NCBI GenBank assembly: GCA_038138625.1
Contig: JAYQEA010000003.1
Coordinates: 14,269-78,268 of the forward strand
Length of the DNA: 64,000 bases
Reading direction: 5' to 3'
Origin: Roseivivax sp.
Lineage (GTDB): Bacteria; Pseudomonadota; Alphaproteobacteria; Rhodobacterales; Rhodobacteraceae
The notes beneath the pieces were generated by a model. That model saw only the letters and a program-made list of their open reading frames with translations. It was not told the origin of the DNA and searched no databases. Position 1 is the first letter of the stretch. Each line of letters starts with the position of its first letter. Positions 24,119-36,466 of the stretch are shown here, in pieces. The translations under genes were made by a program, and so were the position numbers.

Positions 24119-24657
24119 ATCAACAACTTACCCGTTACACGCCCATAAAAAAGGAGCGCAAGGAATAGGCGTGACCTGCCAAAGCTAATCGAAATATACT
24201 CGGATACTTAGAAGCCAACTCATCAATGGTTTGGCTTTCTGTAACTAGAAACTATACTTTTAGAACTCTTGCCTATTTCTTCTGCACTTTTGTTGTTTGA
24301 TCAAGCAAAATATTGCAAAGACGCCGAAAATGTTAACTTACGCTTAGATTTTCACTGAAACAGGTGGTTTTGTGGTAAATATCTGATAACATTTGGGCAT
24401 TTTACGTAATATGCCACAAATCTGCCATAAAAAAGAAAGGCAATCCAGCACGGAAAATGCGCATACCCATGCCGAATCACTTCTGATGACGCATGGCCGT
24501 ATTGTGAAAATAAGGCTCCTCAGGATGTACGATTTCAGGCACATGAGTGGCGACTGTGCGGTTCAAACCTCTTCTGCGCGCTGAAGAGGTTAAAAAGCTG
24601 CCAAACTGATTTATACTGGGTCTCGGGTGTCTCGCTTTGAGACGAAAGGGGCGATAC

Positions 24658-26850
24658 ATGGCGAACATGCGGCAGATGCAGGCAGAGGATGCCGCGAAGC
24701 TACAAAATGGGACACACGATAGTCCTTTCGCAGTTCTTGGATCACATCGTGAAGCGGTTCGGATATTTTGGCCAGGAGCGCGATCCGTTCAAATCATTCA
24801 CAATGGCGTAGTGACGGATCTGGCATCAGACGACGCGGACCTTTGGGTGGGGCCACCGGTCTTGCATGATTACAAAATTCAGGTTTGTGCCGCAGATGGA
24901 TCGCTGTCGCGGGTCGAGGATGTCTATAAGTTTGGTCCGGTACTGGGAGAGTTGGATGCCTATTTGCTGGCCGAAGGGACGCATAAACAGTTGTGGCGGG
25001 TTCTCGGTGCCCATGTGATGGTTCATGAGGGGGTCTGCGGAACACATTTTGCAGTCTGGGCCCCTAATGCCCGCCGCGCTTCTGTCATAGGTGAGTTTTG
25101 TAACTGGGATGGTCGTCGATTGCCAATGAGACGCGTTGGCGCCTGTGGTGTTTGGGAAATTTTTATTCCCGATGTGGGCGAGGGTGCGACCTACAAGTAT
25201 GAGATCCTGACGGACACTGCAGTCTTGCAAAAGGCAGACCCGGTTGGTTTCGGGGCTGAACATGCCCCTGCGACAGCGAGCGTTGTGCGCGATATTTCAG
25301 GTTATGGCTGGAGGGACCAGTCGTGGATGGCATCGCGAGCCAAAGCGCAGGATCGCAGTGCACCGATGTCCATCTATGAGGTTCATCTTGGATCATGGCG
25401 TCGGGTTGGTTCCGAGGCGCGGCCTCTGTCTTACAAAGAACACGCGCGTGACCTCGTGGAGTATGTTCGCGATATGGGCTTTACGCATATTGAAATCATG
25501 CCGGTCAGTGAATTCCCGTTCGACGGCTCTTGGGGATACCAGCCGGTGGGTCTTTTTGCGCCCACGATCCGTTTTGGTCCACCCCACGAATTTCGGGATC
25601 TTGTTGATGCAGCCCATCAGGCGGGTATTGCCGTTTTGATTGATTGGGTGCCGGGCCATTTTCCCGCCGATCCACATGGGCTGGCGCAATTTGATGGCAG
25701 TTTCCTTTACGAGCATGCAGATCCGCGGGAAGGTTTCCATCAGGACTGGAATACATTGATCTATAATTACGGTCGGGTCGAAGTCCGCAATTTCCTTGTT
25801 GCCAATGCTATGTTTTGGCTGGACGAGTATCATGTTGACGGTTTGCGTGTCGATGCTGTGGCATCCATGCTATACCGAGATTATTCGCGCGCAGCTGATC
25901 AATGGGTTCCCAACGAGGATGGTGGACGAGAAAACTACGAGGCCATTGCTTTTTTGCGCGAAACAAACGTCGCTGCCTACGGCGCGAATGAGGGCATCGT
26001 AACCGTGGCCGAGGAAAGCACGTCGTTTCCCAAAGTATCAGCCCCGGTTCACAATGATGGCCTTGGCTTTGGCTTTAAATGGAATATGGGATGGATGAAT
26101 GACACACTGCGCTTCATGGCCGAAGACCCTGTCCATCGCAAATATCATCATCATTTGATGACATTTGGGATTGAATACGCGTGGTCCGAGAATTTTATCT
26201 TGCCAATCAGCCATGACGAGGTCGTGCACGGCAAAGGATCAATGCTGACCAAAATGCCCGGAGACCGATGGCAGCAGTTTGCCAATTTGCGCGCCTATTA
26301 TGGGTTCATGTGGGGACATCCCGGCAAGAAACTTTTGTTTATGGGGTGCGAATTCGCCCAGCCCGAAGAATGGAACCATGACGGACAATTGAATTGGGAT
26401 GCAGCTGCGCAACCGATGCATTCGGGCGTACAAACACTGGTTCGAGACTTAAATCATCTCTATGCGCGCTGTCCTGCATTACATGCACTAGATTGTGACC
26501 CATCCGGTTTTGAATGGGTGAACGGGGGCGATACAGAGCAGTCTACGCTATCTTTTTTACGGCACGGGCCAGATGGCACGGCATCGGTTTTGGTTGTTTG
26601 CAACTTTACTCCAATGACGCGCACTTCATATTGTGTGGGTGTGCCAAAGTCCGGCCGGTGGCGTGAGATATTGAACACTGATGCGGCGATTTACGGCGGC
26701 AGTAATACTGGTAACCATGGTGAACTGGTGGCGCAGTCCACAGCCCATCAGGGCCAGCCGGCTTGTATCGAAATGACACTGCCGGGCCTAAGTACCGTCA
26801 TGTTTGAATGGCAGGATGAACTTGATCTGATTGGAGAGCACCATGGTTGA
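24658..26850 (+). CDS. glgB: 1,4-alpha-glucan branching enzyme
   Basis: GH13 motifs are present: [37 protein letters not shown]. The ATG at 24658 has GAAAGGGG upstream. Confidence 0.95.
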   Translation: MANMRQMQAEDAAKLQNGTHDSPFAVLGSHREAVRIFWPGARSVQIIHNGVVTDLASDDADLWVGPPVLHDYKIQVCAADGSLSRVEDVYKFGPVLGELDAYLLAEGTHKQLWRVLGAHVMVHEGVCGTHFAVWAPNARRASVIGEFCNWDGRRLPMRRVGACGVWEIFIPDVGEGATYKYEILTDTAVLQKADPVGFGAEHAPATASVVRDISGYGWRDQSWMASRAKAQDRSAPMSIYEVHLGSWRRVGSEARPLSYKEHARDLVEYVRDMGFTHIEIMPVSEFPFDGSWGYQPVGLFAPTIRFGPPHEFRDLVDAAHQAGIAVLIDWVPGHFPADPHGLAQFDGSFLYEHADPREGFHQDWNTLIYNYGRVEVRNFLVANAMFWLDEYHVDGLRVDAVASMLYRDYSRAADQWVPNEDGGRENYEAIAFLRETNVAAYGANEGIVTVAEESTSFPKVSAPVHNDGLGFGFKWNMGWMNDTLRFMAEDPVHRKYHHHLMTFGIEYAWSENFILPISHDEVVHGKGSMLTKMPGDRWQQFANLRAYYGFMWGHPGKKLLFMGCEFAQPEEWNHDGQLNWDAAAQPMHSGVQTLVRDLNHLYARCPALHALDCDPSGFEWVNGGDTEQSTLSFLRHGPDGTASVLVVCNFTPMTRTSYCVGVPKSGRWREILNTDAAIYGGSNTGNHGELVAQSTAHQGQPACIEMTLPGLSTVMFEWQDELDLIGEHHG

Positions 26851-28102
26851 TAATCGAAGACTGACACAGCGGTCGATGGCCTTTGTTCTGGCTGGTGGTC
26901 GGGGCAGTCGGCTTAAGGAACTGACCGATAGGCGCGTAAAACCCGCCGTCTATTTTGGTGGAAAAACACGTATTATTGATTTTGCCCTGTCCAACGCCAT
27001 GAATTCAGGCATTCGTAAAATTGCCATAGCAACCCAATACAAAGCACATAGCCTGATCCGCCATTGTCAGCGGGGATGGAACTTTTTTCGGGCTGAGCGG
27101 AACGAGTTTTTAGACATCCTCCCCGCAAGTCAGCGCATGGGCGAAGAGAACTGGTATCAGGGCACTGTTGATGCCGTGACCCAGAATATCGATATTGTTG
27201 ATAGCTATGATGTTGATTACGTTGTAATTTTGGCTGGTGATCATATTTATAAGATGGATTACGAAATCATGTTGCGCCAGCATGTGGAAACCAAGGCGGA
27301 CGTGACCATCGGTTGTTTGACGGTACCCCGTCATGAAGCTTCGGCATTCGGGGTCATGGCTACGGACCATGCCGGACAGATCACCAGTTTCTTAGAAAAA
27401 CCAGCTGATCCGCCCGCTACGCCAGAAGATCCAGACAAGGCGCTCGCCTCGATGGGAATTTATGTGTTCAACTGGAAATTTCTGCGGAGTTTGTTGATCC
27501 ACGATATGAATGATACCCATTCAACCCATGATTTTGGCAATGATTTGATCCCGGAAATTGTCAAGACCGGGCGCGCCATGGCGCATCGCTTTGATGAAAG
27601 CTGTGTTCGGGCATCTGGGGCACCGGCATACTGGAAAGATGTCGGCACCGTTGATGCCTTTTGGGAGGCCAACATTGACCTGACCAACTTTACGCCGGAT
27701 TTGAACCTGTGGGACAGCCAGTGGCCGATCTGGACATACTCCGAAAGTGTGCCGCCAGCCAAGTTCATTCATGACGAACGCGATCGGCGCGGTGTCGCAA
27801 TCTCATCCATGGTGTCGGGGGGGTGTATCATTTCAGGGACCGAAGTGCGCAATTCCCTGCTTTTCACCGAGGTACATACAAATTCCTATGCGGTGCTGGA
27901 TCATGCTGTCGTGCTGCCGTATGTCACGGTCAATCGCAACGCGCGATTACGAAAGGTGGTCATTGACCGCGGCGTTGATATTCCGGCAGGACTTGTCGTT
28001 GGTGAAGATCCTGTGGAAGATACAAAATTCTTTCGCGTAACGGAAAAAGGGACAACGTTGATCACGCAGAACATGGTCGACAGATGGAGCGCCGCACAGT
28101 GA
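26843..28102 (+). CDS. glgC: glucose-1-phosphate adenylyltransferase
   Basis: It reads [39 protein letters not shown]...YQGTVDAV. Its ATG overlaps the glgB stop (ATGGTTGA). Confidence 0.95.
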   Translation: MVDNRRLTQRSMAFVLAGGRGSRLKELTDRRVKPAVYFGGKTRIIDFALSNAMNSGIRKIAIATQYKAHSLIRHCQRGWNFFRAERNEFLDILPASQRMGEENWYQGTVDAVTQNIDIVDSYDVDYVVILAGDHIYKMDYEIMLRQHVETKADVTIGCLTVPRHEASAFGVMATDHAGQITSFLEKPADPPATPEDPDKALASMGIYVFNWKFLRSLLIHDMNDTHSTHDFGNDLIPEIVKTGRAMAHRFDESCVRASGAPAYWKDVGTVDAFWEANIDLTNFTPDLNLWDSQWPIWTYSESVPPAKFIHDERDRRGVAISSMVSGGCIISGTEVRNSLLFTEVHTNSYAVLDHAVVLPYVTVNRNARLRKVVIDRGVDIPAGLVVGEDPVEDTKFFRVTEKGTTLITQNMVDRWSAAQ

Positions 28103-29520
28103 TCCAAGTCCTATCAGTGACATCCGAATGTGTGCCTTTCGTCAAAACGGGGGGGCTTGCAGATGTGGCTGGTGCTTTGCCGACAGCGCTTGCCCAGCAG
28201 GATGTTCGCGTGCGCACTCTGCTTCCGGGCTATCCTGCGGTAATGAAATCTCTTGTCAAAGCGGCACCTGTTTTGCGTTTTGACACAGTGTTCGGAGGTC
28301 CAGCCCGCGTTCTGGAAGCGACATGTGGTGGCCTCGATGTATTGGTGCTGGATGCCCCGCATCTTTTTGACCGACCCGGGAATATCTATCTGGCTCCCGA
28401 TGGGGCCGACTGGCCAGATAATGCAGAACGTTTCGCGGCGCTTTCATGGGTGGCGGCGCAAATAGGGTTGAAGGGCGCTCGGACGTGGCGGCCCGATGTG
28501 CTACACTGCCATGATTGGCAGGCTGGACTGGCGCCCGAATACCTGCGCGCCGCCGACAGTGCACTACCAAGTGTGATGACGGTGCACAATATTGCCTTTC
28601 AGGGTCTGACGCCTGCGCTAAATCCGGCCCGTCTTAAACTGGACCCTGACCGTTTTTCCGCAGATGCCTATGAATTTTATGGAAAAATCTCTGCGCTAAA
28701 GGCCGGACTGATGGCTGCGGATTGGCTGACGACGGTGTCCCCCAGTTATGCCGCTGAACTCATGACACCTGAATTTGGTATGGGACTGGACGGGGTTTTG
28801 CGACATCGCGCAAACCGTCTACGCGGTATTTTGAATGGGATCGACACAGTCGTATGGGACCCGAGCACGGACCCCGAGATCAAGACCTTTAAATCTTTAC
28901 GCGGTAAAGTCCGTACCAAGGCTGCATTGAGGACCGAGTTTGGCCTGCCCGTATCTGCGGGTCCGTTGTGCGTGGTGGTGTCTCGACTGACGGAACAAAA
29001 AGGCTTGGATCTGCTGCTGGATGCTTTGCCCAACCTGCTGAACCGGGGTGGGCAGCTTATCGTGCTTGGTTCGGGTGATCCAAAGCTCGAAGCGGGTTTT
29101 CGTGCTGCTGCTAAACATTCACAAGTTGCTGTTCACATCGGCTATGACGAGGCGATGTCGCACCGTTTGATTGCGGGTGGTGATGCGATCCTCGTTCCAT
29201 CTCGGTTTGAACCTTGTGGGCTTACGCAGCTGTATGGTTTGCGCTATGGCACCCTGCCGCTTGTCGGTTTGACGGGGGGACTGGCGGATACAGTGATCAA
29301 TGCCTCGCCTGCCGCATTGGATCGCGGTGTCGCCACCGGAATTCAGTTCCACCCTGTTGGGGATACTGCCCTGCGCACTGCACTGGATCATCTGTGCGAT
29401 TTGTGGTCCCAGCCCGATGTCTGGCGCAAGATGGTGCGAAATGCCCAAAAACAGCCCGTGGGGTGGGACCGTTCCGCGGCCGCCTATGCAGAGCTATACC
29501 GCGAGGCGCTGGCATCGTGA
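28084..29520 (+). CDS. glgA: glycogen synthase (ADP-glucose type)
   Basis: It reads [20 protein letters not shown], has a GT5 fold, and contains [12 protein letters not shown]. It overlaps the glgC end; a GTG at 28099 is an alternative start. Confidence 0.9.
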   Translation: MERRTVIQVLSVTSECVPFVKTGGLADVAGALPTALAQQDVRVRTLLPGYPAVMKSLVKAAPVLRFDTVFGGPARVLEATCGGLDVLVLDAPHLFDRPGNIYLAPDGADWPDNAERFAALSWVAAQIGLKGARTWRPDVLHCHDWQAGLAPEYLRAADSALPSVMTVHNIAFQGLTPALNPARLKLDPDRFSADAYEFYGKISALKAGLMAADWLTTVSPSYAAELMTPEFGMGLDGVLRHRANRLRGILNGIDTVVWDPSTDPEIKTFKSLRGKVRTKAALRTEFGLPVSAGPLCVVVSRLTEQKGLDLLLDALPNLLNRGGQLIVLGSGDPKLEAGFRAAAKHSQVAVHIGYDEAMSHRLIAGGDAILVPSRFEPCGLTQLYGLRYGTLPLVGLTGGLADTVINASPAALDRGVATGIQFHPVGDTALRTALDHLCDLWSQPDVWRKMVRNAQKQPVGWDRSAAAYAELYREALAS

Positions 29521-29537
29521 GACAGGGCAACATCCCG

Positions 29538-31616
29538 ATGCAGGCAGGGCGGCCTTGGCCGCTCGGGGCAAGTTTTGACGGAGAGGGTGTGAATTTTGCA
29601 ATCTTTTCCGAACATGCGACGCGTTTGGTTCTGTGTTTGTTTGATCCGGTGGGCCAAGAAATCCTGAATGTGCCCCTTCCAGAATGCGACGGGCACGTCT
29701 GGCATGGCTATGTGCCGGGCCTGCGGCCCGGGCAGTTATACGGCTTTCGCGCCCATGGCCCTTATCGGCCAGATCACGGACACCGGTTCAACCCTCACAA
29801 GCTGCTTATGGATCCCTACGCCAAGCGTCTGACAGGCCATCCGGTGTGGCATGATGCGCTTTATGGATTTACGCGTGGTGACCCAAAGGAGGATCTGAGC
29901 ATGGACGTCCGTGACAGCGCCCCCTATATGCCTCGGTCGGTGGTCGAAGACCCCTCATTTTCCTGGAACCCGCGGCCAAAGCCCAATACCTCCTTGCATC
30001 GGTCCGTGATCTACGAAACCCACGTCAAAGGGCAGACCGCTCTTCATCCCCGGATCCAGCGCCGGGGTACATTTTTAGGACTGTCCGAAGCCCCGATGCT
30101 GGACCACCTGACCAAGCTGGGTGTCACTGCGGTGGAATTGCTGCCGGTTCAAGCCTTTTTGGACGACCATTTTCTGGTTGACCGCGGTCTTTCCAATTAT
30201 TGGGGATATATGACCTGGGGCTTTTTTGCGCCTGATCCCCGGTATTTGGCGCATGGCGAAATCGCCGAGTTCCAGGAAATGGTCAGCCGCCTGCATGGTG
30301 CAGGGATCGAGGTTCTCTTGGATGTGGTGTATAACCACACAGCCGAGGGGGACCAAAACGGCCCGACTTTGATGTTTCGCGGTTTGGATAACGCCAGTTA
30401 TTACCGCCTGCAATCCAATCCGCGTTTTTACAATAACGATGCAGGGACCGGAAACACGCTGAACCTTGATCATCCATTTGTGATGCGATTGGTGCTGGAT
30501 TCCCTGCGCTACTGGGTCGAGGTCATGCATGTTGATGGGTTTCGCTTCGATCTGGCTTCGGTCCTGGGTCGCGATCGAACGGGTCAGTTTTCAACAGACG
30601 CGGCTTTTTTCAAGGCGTTGCGGGCGGATCCCGTTTTGTCGCGGGTGAAACTGATTGCAGAGCCATGGGATATTGGCGCGGATGGCTATCAATTGGGCCA
30701 ATATCCGGCCCCCTTCGCAGAGTGGAACGATGGTTTTCGTGATGATTTACGGGCCTTTTGGCGCGGCGATTCAGGTCTTTCTTCGCAATTGGCCGAACGC
30801 ATTGCAGGCTCTGCTCCGGCATTTGACCACAACGCACGCGCGGCATCCTCTTCGATCAATTTTATATGCGCCCATGATGGGTTCACTTTGACAGACGTGG
30901 TCAGCTACGCGCAAAAACACAACGAGGCCAACTGCGAAAATAACCAAGACGGCCACGCCCATAACATCAGCGACAACTGTGGCGTTGAAGGACCAACTGA
31001 AGAAACGCATGTCTTGGCAAAGCGTGCACAAAGGCGGCGTAATCTGATGGCGTCATTGCTGCTGTCGCAGGGCACTCCGATGATCCTTGCAGGCGACGAG
31101 GTCGGCAATAGCCAGCTTGGCAACAACAACGCCTACTGTCAGGACAATCCAATCGGTTGGATCGACTGGTCGCAAGCGGATTGGGCGTTTTTTGATTTCT
31201 GTCGAAAGGCAATAGCCTTTCGTGCTGCTCACCCGATCTTACGCCAGACCCGTTTTTTACATGCCAAAGCGCGATTGGTGGACGGAAAACCTGATTTGTT
31301 TTGGCGCCGTTTTGATGGCGCACTGATGCAAGACGAGGACTGGAACGACCCTGAACTGCGCCTTGTTGTTGCCGAATTGCGCATGGCGTCCGGGACGCCG
31401 GAATACCGCCCTCGCGAAGGCGCGGTCGTTCTTGCCTTAAATGCAGGCACTGAAACACGCATTGCGCTTCCCCGGCCGCCAAATGGGTTGCAATGGGAAC
31501 GATCTTTTGACACATCTGCCGATCCTGTGCACGACAGTGGAACGGTGAGACGGGTGATCGCGGCCAGCATAGCCGCCTTTACTCTGACAGCACTGCCCGC
31601 CGCGACACAGCCCTAA
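29538..31616 (+). CDS. glgX: glycogen debranching enzyme
   Basis: It reads [27 protein letters not shown], then [25 protein letters not shown] and [14 protein letters not shown] at 29517 (GTGA overlap with glgA) is an alternative start. The ORF opening at 29214 is out-of-frame overlap with glgA. Confidence 0.9.
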   Translation: MQAGRPWPLGASFDGEGVNFAIFSEHATRLVLCLFDPVGQEILNVPLPECDGHVWHGYVPGLRPGQLYGFRAHGPYRPDHGHRFNPHKLLMDPYAKRLTGHPVWHDALYGFTRGDPKEDLSMDVRDSAPYMPRSVVEDPSFSWNPRPKPNTSLHRSVIYETHVKGQTALHPRIQRRGTFLGLSEAPMLDHLTKLGVTAVELLPVQAFLDDHFLVDRGLSNYWGYMTWGFFAPDPRYLAHGEIAEFQEMVSRLHGAGIEVLLDVVYNHTAEGDQNGPTLMFRGLDNASYYRLQSNPRFYNNDAGTGNTLNLDHPFVMRLVLDSLRYWVEVMHVDGFRFDLASVLGRDRTGQFSTDAAFFKALRADPVLSRVKLIAEPWDIGADGYQLGQYPAPFAEWNDGFRDDLRAFWRGDSGLSSQLAERIAGSAPAFDHNARAASSSINFICAHDGFTLTDVVSYAQKHNEANCENNQDGHAHNISDNCGVEGPTEETHVLAKRAQRRRNLMASLLLSQGTPMILAGDEVGNSQLGNNNAYCQDNPIGWIDWSQADWAFFDFCRKAIAFRAAHPILRQTRFLHAKARLVDGKPDLFWRRFDGALMQDEDWNDPELRLVVAELRMASGTPEYRPREGAVVLALNAGTETRIALPRPPNGLQWERSFDTSADPVHDSGTVRRVIAASIAAFTLTALPAATQP

Positions 31617-31642
31617 TAAACCGACCCGAGGACGAACACCCG

Positions 31643-34030
31643 ATGCCCGATGCCCGCGCACCGCTAAAGCCTGCACGTCTGAAAACCTTGATCCTGCAAC
31701 ACTTGCGGATGACGGTTGGCAGGGACCCCAATCACGCAACGCGCCGGGATTGGCGTATGGCGCTTTCTCTTGCCATTCGTGAACAGATGGTTGCGGCTTG
31801 GTTGGATGCCAATGATGCAGCCCAAACGGCAGGATCAAAACGGGTTTATTATTTGTCCATGGAGTTTTTGATCGGGCGTCTTCTTGGTGATGCCCTCGAA
31901 AATCTGCGTGTGACGGATGCTGCGGGCATAGCGCTCAGGAAATTGGGTGTATCACTGTCCGATTTGTTAGATGACGAACCCGATGCAGCTTTGGGAAATG
32001 GGGGATTGGGGCGGTTGGCTGCATGCTTTTTGGAGAGCATGTCAACTCTGCATTGTCCGGCCACGGGCTATGGCTTGCGGTTTGAACATGGCTTGTTTCG
32101 CCAAAGCATGACAAACGGAGCGCAAGTTGAAACCCCTGAGGATTGGCTTGTTGATCCCAACGTATGGGAAGTCCCGCGCCCCGAGACTGTGTATCAGATC
32201 GGGTTCGGCGGACATGTTGGATCTGACGGCATATGGTATCCGGCGCAACGCATGCAGGCGCGCGCCTATGATACGCCCGTTGTCGGCTGGCAGGGGTCTT
32301 GGGCCAATACATTGCGTCTGTGGGAGGCCCGACCGACGAAGGTTCTCGACCTTGCGCTATTCAATGCGGGCGATCATACACATGCAGCCCACGCCGAGGC
32401 GCAGGCTCGCGCGTTAAGCCGGGTTCTATACCCCGATGACGGCTCTGATGCGGGCAAAGACCTTAGGTTGAAGCAGGAATTTCTTTTGGCGTCCGCATCG
32501 TTGCAGGACATCTTGCATCAATTCCGAAAAGAAGAAACGCGCTGGGGGCGTCTACCAGATCGGGTCGCACTTCAATTGAATGATACGCATCCCGCAATTG
32601 CCGGGCCGGAATTAATGCGGTTGCTGGTTGATGTGCATGGCGTGGACTGGTCACAGGCCAAGGAACTGACGACCGAAGTCTGTCATTATACCAACCACAC
32701 CCTTTTGCCCGAAGCATTGGAAACATGGTCTACCTGGGCCATCGGCAATACACTGCCTCGGCACATGCAGATCATAGAACGGCTCGACGGTGAACATGCG
32801 GCAGCCAATCCATCCAGGCCCGCAAATGTCGGGATGGTGCGCGATGATGCTGTGCGGATGGGCGATGTCGCCTTTATCATGGCACGGCGTGTCAACGGTG
32901 TGTCTGCGCTGCATTCAGACTTGATGACAAAAACGGTGTTTTCGGATCTGCACAAGCTGCACCCCGAAAAAATTCTGAACCATACAAACGGCGTGACTCC
33001 GAGACGCTGGATCCGGTTGGCAAATCCCGGATTAAGCGGGCTTTTGACAGAGGCGTTGGGCGAAGGTTGGTCCAATGACCTTGGGCGTCTGACAGGGCTC
33101 GAGCCCTTGGCCAAAGATGCAGTGTTCCAGCGCAAATTTATGCAAGTAAAGCGCGCAAACAAGCTGGCTTTGTCCAACTGGTGTCACGCAGAGCTGGGGA
33201 TTGCCGCAGATCCGGATGCCATGTTCGACATTCAGATCAAGCGTATACATGAATACAAACGCCAGCTGATGAATGTTTTTGATGTCATTGGATTGTGGTC
33301 TCGGATGCGCGCAGAGCCCGAGCGTGACTGGACGCCCCGCGTCAGGATTTTTGCGGGTAAAGCGGCACCGGGCTATGTCCTGGCCAAAGATATCATTCGA
33401 CTGATTACTGCGGTGGCGGACCGGGTGAATAACGATCCTTTGATGCGCGGTCGGCTTAAGGTCATTTTTGCCCCGAATTATAATGTCTCACTGGCGGAAC
33501 GTCTGATTCCGGCGGCAGATTTGTCCGAACAGATCTCAACCGCGGGCAAAGAGGCGTCTGGCACAGGCAACATGAAATTTACAATGAACGGCGCGTTGAC
33601 CATAGGGACCTTGGATGGCGCGAATGTGGAAATTCGCGAGGCCGTGGGCGCTGAGAACTTTTTCCTCTTTGGTCTGACGGCTCAAGAAGCGCAGGATCGG
33701 ATGTCGATCCCCGGGCATGCGCGATCCGCGATCGAGGCCAGCCCCATGCTGCAAAATGTTTTGCAGTTGATTGTCGAGGGTCAGTTCGCGCCGGATGAGC
33801 TCGGACGGTTCAATAATATCGTAAACCGCACATGGCACGACGACCCTTTTCTCGTTGCAGCAGATTTTGATGCCTATGCCGCGTGCCAAGATGAGGTTGC
33901 CAAGATTTATGGCTCTGACGATTGGACGCGCATGTCTATTTTGAATGTCGCACGGTCAGGGATGTTTTCTTCGGATCGTACAATACAAGGATATATGCGC
34001 GATATCTGGCGTCTTTCCCCGATCCCGTAA
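31643..34030 (+). CDS. glgP: glycogen/maltodextrin phosphorylase
   Basis: It reads GNGGLGRLAACFLES and has the PLP lysine motif EASGTGNMKFTMNGALTIGTLDGANVEI. The product is 795 aa. Confidence 0.95.
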   Translation: MPDARAPLKPARLKTLILQHLRMTVGRDPNHATRRDWRMALSLAIREQMVAAWLDANDAAQTAGSKRVYYLSMEFLIGRLLGDALENLRVTDAAGIALRKLGVSLSDLLDDEPDAALGNGGLGRLAACFLESMSTLHCPATGYGLRFEHGLFRQSMTNGAQVETPEDWLVDPNVWEVPRPETVYQIGFGGHVGSDGIWYPAQRMQARAYDTPVVGWQGSWANTLRLWEARPTKVLDLALFNAGDHTHAAHAEAQARALSRVLYPDDGSDAGKDLRLKQEFLLASASLQDILHQFRKEETRWGRLPDRVALQLNDTHPAIAGPELMRLLVDVHGVDWSQAKELTTEVCHYTNHTLLPEALETWSTWAIGNTLPRHMQIIERLDGEHAAANPSRPANVGMVRDDAVRMGDVAFIMARRVNGVSALHSDLMTKTVFSDLHKLHPEKILNHTNGVTPRRWIRLANPGLSGLLTEALGEGWSNDLGRLTGLEPLAKDAVFQRKFMQVKRANKLALSNWCHAELGIAADPDAMFDIQIKRIHEYKRQLMNVFDVIGLWSRMRAEPERDWTPRVRIFAGKAAPGYVLAKDIIRLITAVADRVNNDPLMRGRLKVIFAPNYNVSLAERLIPAADLSEQISTAGKEASGTGNMKFTMNGALTIGTLDGANVEIREAVGAENFFLFGLTAQEAQDRMSIPGHARSAIEASPMLQNVLQLIVEGQFAPDELGRFNNIVNRTWHDDPFLVAADFDAYAACQDEVAKIYGSDDWTRMSILNVARSGMFSSDRTIQGYMRDIWRLSPIP

Positions 34031-34387
34031 TGGTGACGCGCAGAGTGAACTCTGGCTTCTGACCGTCACCGGGCGGTGTGGCGGGTTTTATCTGGCGAAA
34101 CGCCGCGCGCATTGGTGTCTATACTGCGGTAAATAGATCAATCATATACGACCAGACATTAAGGCCTCGGCTCATGACATGCAGGATGGCGAGAGCCAAT
34201 GGACTGACGTCCAAGCCAGTCGAGATTGGGGTAATGCTTAATTTACCTAATCTGATGATAGCAAAACCTATCCGTCAGAGCGCGTATTTTTCTTTAAAAC
34301 TATGGCAAGTTGTAATTGTGTTTTTGTTTCCGAGTATCGGCTCTTTGATCGGACCTCGCGCCGAGATTTGATCCGAATTTATAATGA

Positions 34388-34417
34388 AAGCGGTGGGTAG
34401 TACCTGCCGCTTTTTGC
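34388..34417 (+). terminator. orphan hairpin plus T-run (possible intrinsic terminator)
   Basis: AAAGCGGTGGGTA-G-TACCTGCCGCTTT is followed by TTGCTTT. It sits about 360 nt after the glgP stop, in an AT-rich gap with no confident CDS. Confidence 0.35.
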
Positions 34418-34499
34418 TTTCGTGCGACCTGTGTGTGGCGTGTCAGGGTGGCGCAAGTTAGGAAATTAAGTTCACAGGCCGCGCCACCATCTGCTATTT

Positions 34500-35951
34500 T
34501 CAGATACTCAAGCGTTCGGTGAGGCCGCTGTTTTCCAATTCCCACTGTGCTGTCCATTGATCTGTGTGACGTGACAGAACAAGGTAGTTCCGTTCCGCGA
34601 CGTACCGCTGAGATTGACCAGGCAAAGGTCGGATACGGATTGGATGGCCCGCAAGTGGGCTTTCGCCGACTGCGGCAAGAGAGCCAAGAAGTTGGGCCCA
34701 TTTTTTAGGTGGGGGACGGTGCGCAACGCCTGAGGCAACAAGTTGATGCAATTCTTTGGATTTGGCGGCCATGGTTGCCCGTGTGGCCAAATGGATTTCT
34801 CCCGAAAGTATCGTGACGTCGGTTTTCGGGGTTTCGTGCAACCGTAAAACCTGCCGCAGCATCCGTCGCCATTCTGAACGATGGGCCCGAGATTGCCATT
34901 GGTCGCGCAAATCGTCTTCGTATTTCTGCATGCCTGGAAACACCACCATGGCGAGCTCGAATATCGACAACCGGGGTCCCAGCATCGGCACGCTGGACAT
35001 CACGAAAATACGGCCGGTTGGATCTTGTTTGACCAATTGATCAAAACTACGCCACCCCGCATGGCCCATGATTTGTCTACGGCCGCGCTCTGATCTGAGG
35101 TCTGGGGCCACAATACACAGATCTGCAAACCTGATCGCGCGTGTCAGGCTGGTGCCGCCGGGATCCAGAAACAGGCTTGGAATATCTTTTTCTGTGGCAG
35201 CGCATTGAAACATTAAAAAGGCATCCCGAGCGGCTGTAAAAAGGGTCTGTCCGACATCGGAAAACGTGGTCCGTCGCCGCAAGGATCCCCAACCATCGCA
35301 GATGTCATGATCATCCCACATTGTCAGAGACGGAACCCGCGCCATAATCCATGCGATATCTGGATCGCTGTATAGCGCAAGATAACGATCGCAGAATCCG
35401 ATACGCAGCGTGTTGGCCAGATCAGCCAAGGCATCTGGCGTGCAATCGTCGGGAACATCATTTGGCCATGTCGACGTCAGGGGATGCGATGTGGTGACCT
35501 CGTCGGCATAGATTTGATCACCCCCATGTAGAAGAAGACTGAATGGCGTTTTACGATGCGCTTTGCACATGCGCGCCCACATCGCATTTCGTTCCTTTGG
35601 GTCGCGGTCCAGATCACCGTGTTCTTCTCCGTTGCATGACACATAGCCCAAGCGAAGATCGCCAGCACCAGCCGGGGTAAGATCGTAGCGTTCACCAAAG
35701 CACCGATACCAGGCCGGACGATCCAGCGGCACCTCGAAGCAAGCACGCCACACAGTCATCGTGCCAACATGCGACAGGGGGGTAAAGACGGTCTCTCCGG
35801 TATCGGTTTCCAAAGGGTTTGGGTCTGGCTCTGTCTGCGATTGGACCACCAACGCCGCAAGCCTAATCGATTGCGCTGTTGTGTTATGAACAAACAAGAT
35901 CGGACCAATACGTTTGTGTTGTGTCACTTCATATTCCTGTTGGTCGCTCAC
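34500..35951 (-). CDS. PhoD-like metallophosphatase (alkaline phosphatase D family), no obvious signal peptide
   Basis: The metallophosphoesterase motifs LHGGDQIYADE and MWDDHDICDGWGS are present, and a later LSGEIH. The product is 483 aa. Confidence 0.75.
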   Translation of the reverse strand: MSDQQEYEVTQHKRIGPILFVHNTTAQSIRLAALVVQSQTEPDPNPLETDTGETVFTPLSHVGTMTVWRACFEVPLDRPAWYRCFGERYDLTPAGAGDLRLGYVSCNGEEHGDLDRDPKERNAMWARMCKAHRKTPFSLLLHGGDQIYADEVTTSHPLTSTWPNDVPDDCTPDALADLANTLRIGFCDRYLALYSDPDIAWIMARVPSLTMWDDHDICDGWGSLRRRTTFSDVGQTLFTAARDAFLMFQCAATEKDIPSLFLDPGGTSLTRAIRFADLCIVAPDLRSERGRRQIMGHAGWRSFDQLVKQDPTGRIFVMSSVPMLGPRLSIFELAMVVFPGMQKYEDDLRDQWQSRAHRSEWRRMLRQVLRLHETPKTDVTILSGEIHLATRATMAAKSKELHQLVASGVAHRPPPKKWAQLLGSLAAVGESPLAGHPIRIRPLPGQSQRYVAERNYLVLSRHTDQWTAQWELENSGLTERLSI

Positions 35952-36450
35952 CTTACGAATATGGAGTTTAGAAAGCGCATCTCAAGGCTATATACAAAGA
36001 AGTTTTCCGCGCCTCCTCTGAACAAAATCATAGTGAATTTTAGACGCCAAAAACCCATTCGGAAAACATCTCGTTGCCGCCAGGTTCTGCAATTGTTGGC
36101 GTTTGCTTGCGACATTCGCGGAATGGCAGGTCGCATGGCATGTGCCGATGCGCTTAAATACCAGTTGCTGCGCATGTTCATGCGCCATGGGTGCAACGAT
36201 GGGGCGATTGCCACTGGCGATATTAATGATGGGCACACTGGTCTTGGACAAATCGACGCGTATCTTACAAGACGCAAAGCTCGGCCGGATTACTGTGTGC
36301 CGTACATAAATGAAAGCTGCACTGTGTAATTTGGCTCAGCCCGATAACATGGCAAAACCTCATCCGTTTTTTATGACAGATTTCTTAGGGTATTTTTGCC
36401 TGTTTTTAGGGTGGCGTTTTCCTGAGCCGCATGAGACTTTGAAGGATGAA

Positions 36451-36466
36451 TTGACGCTTGTGTCAA
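36451..36466. promoter_or_regulatory. inverted repeat TTGAC-N6-GTCAA, candidate TetR operator
   Basis: The 5-6-5 palindrome TTGACGCTTGTGTCAA lies about 32 nt upstream of the TetR start codon. Confidence 0.25.

Noticed and set aside
29214-29537. Long N-terminal ORF extensions upstream of recognisable starts (glgX from 29214, lepA from 21265, aminotransferase to 16804, metY to 47789, hydrolase to 9772, and others).
   Set aside because: The conserved protein N-termini begin at internal ATGs that have Shine-Dalgarno sequences. The extensions overlap neighbouring genes or encode junk-like sequence.
36373-36379. CTGTCAT (minus strand), a Pho-box half-site near the PhoD-like phosphatase gene.
   Set aside because: Only one heptamer is present. 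The expected second direct repeat 11 nt away does not match, and the site is about 420 nt from the phosphatase start codon.
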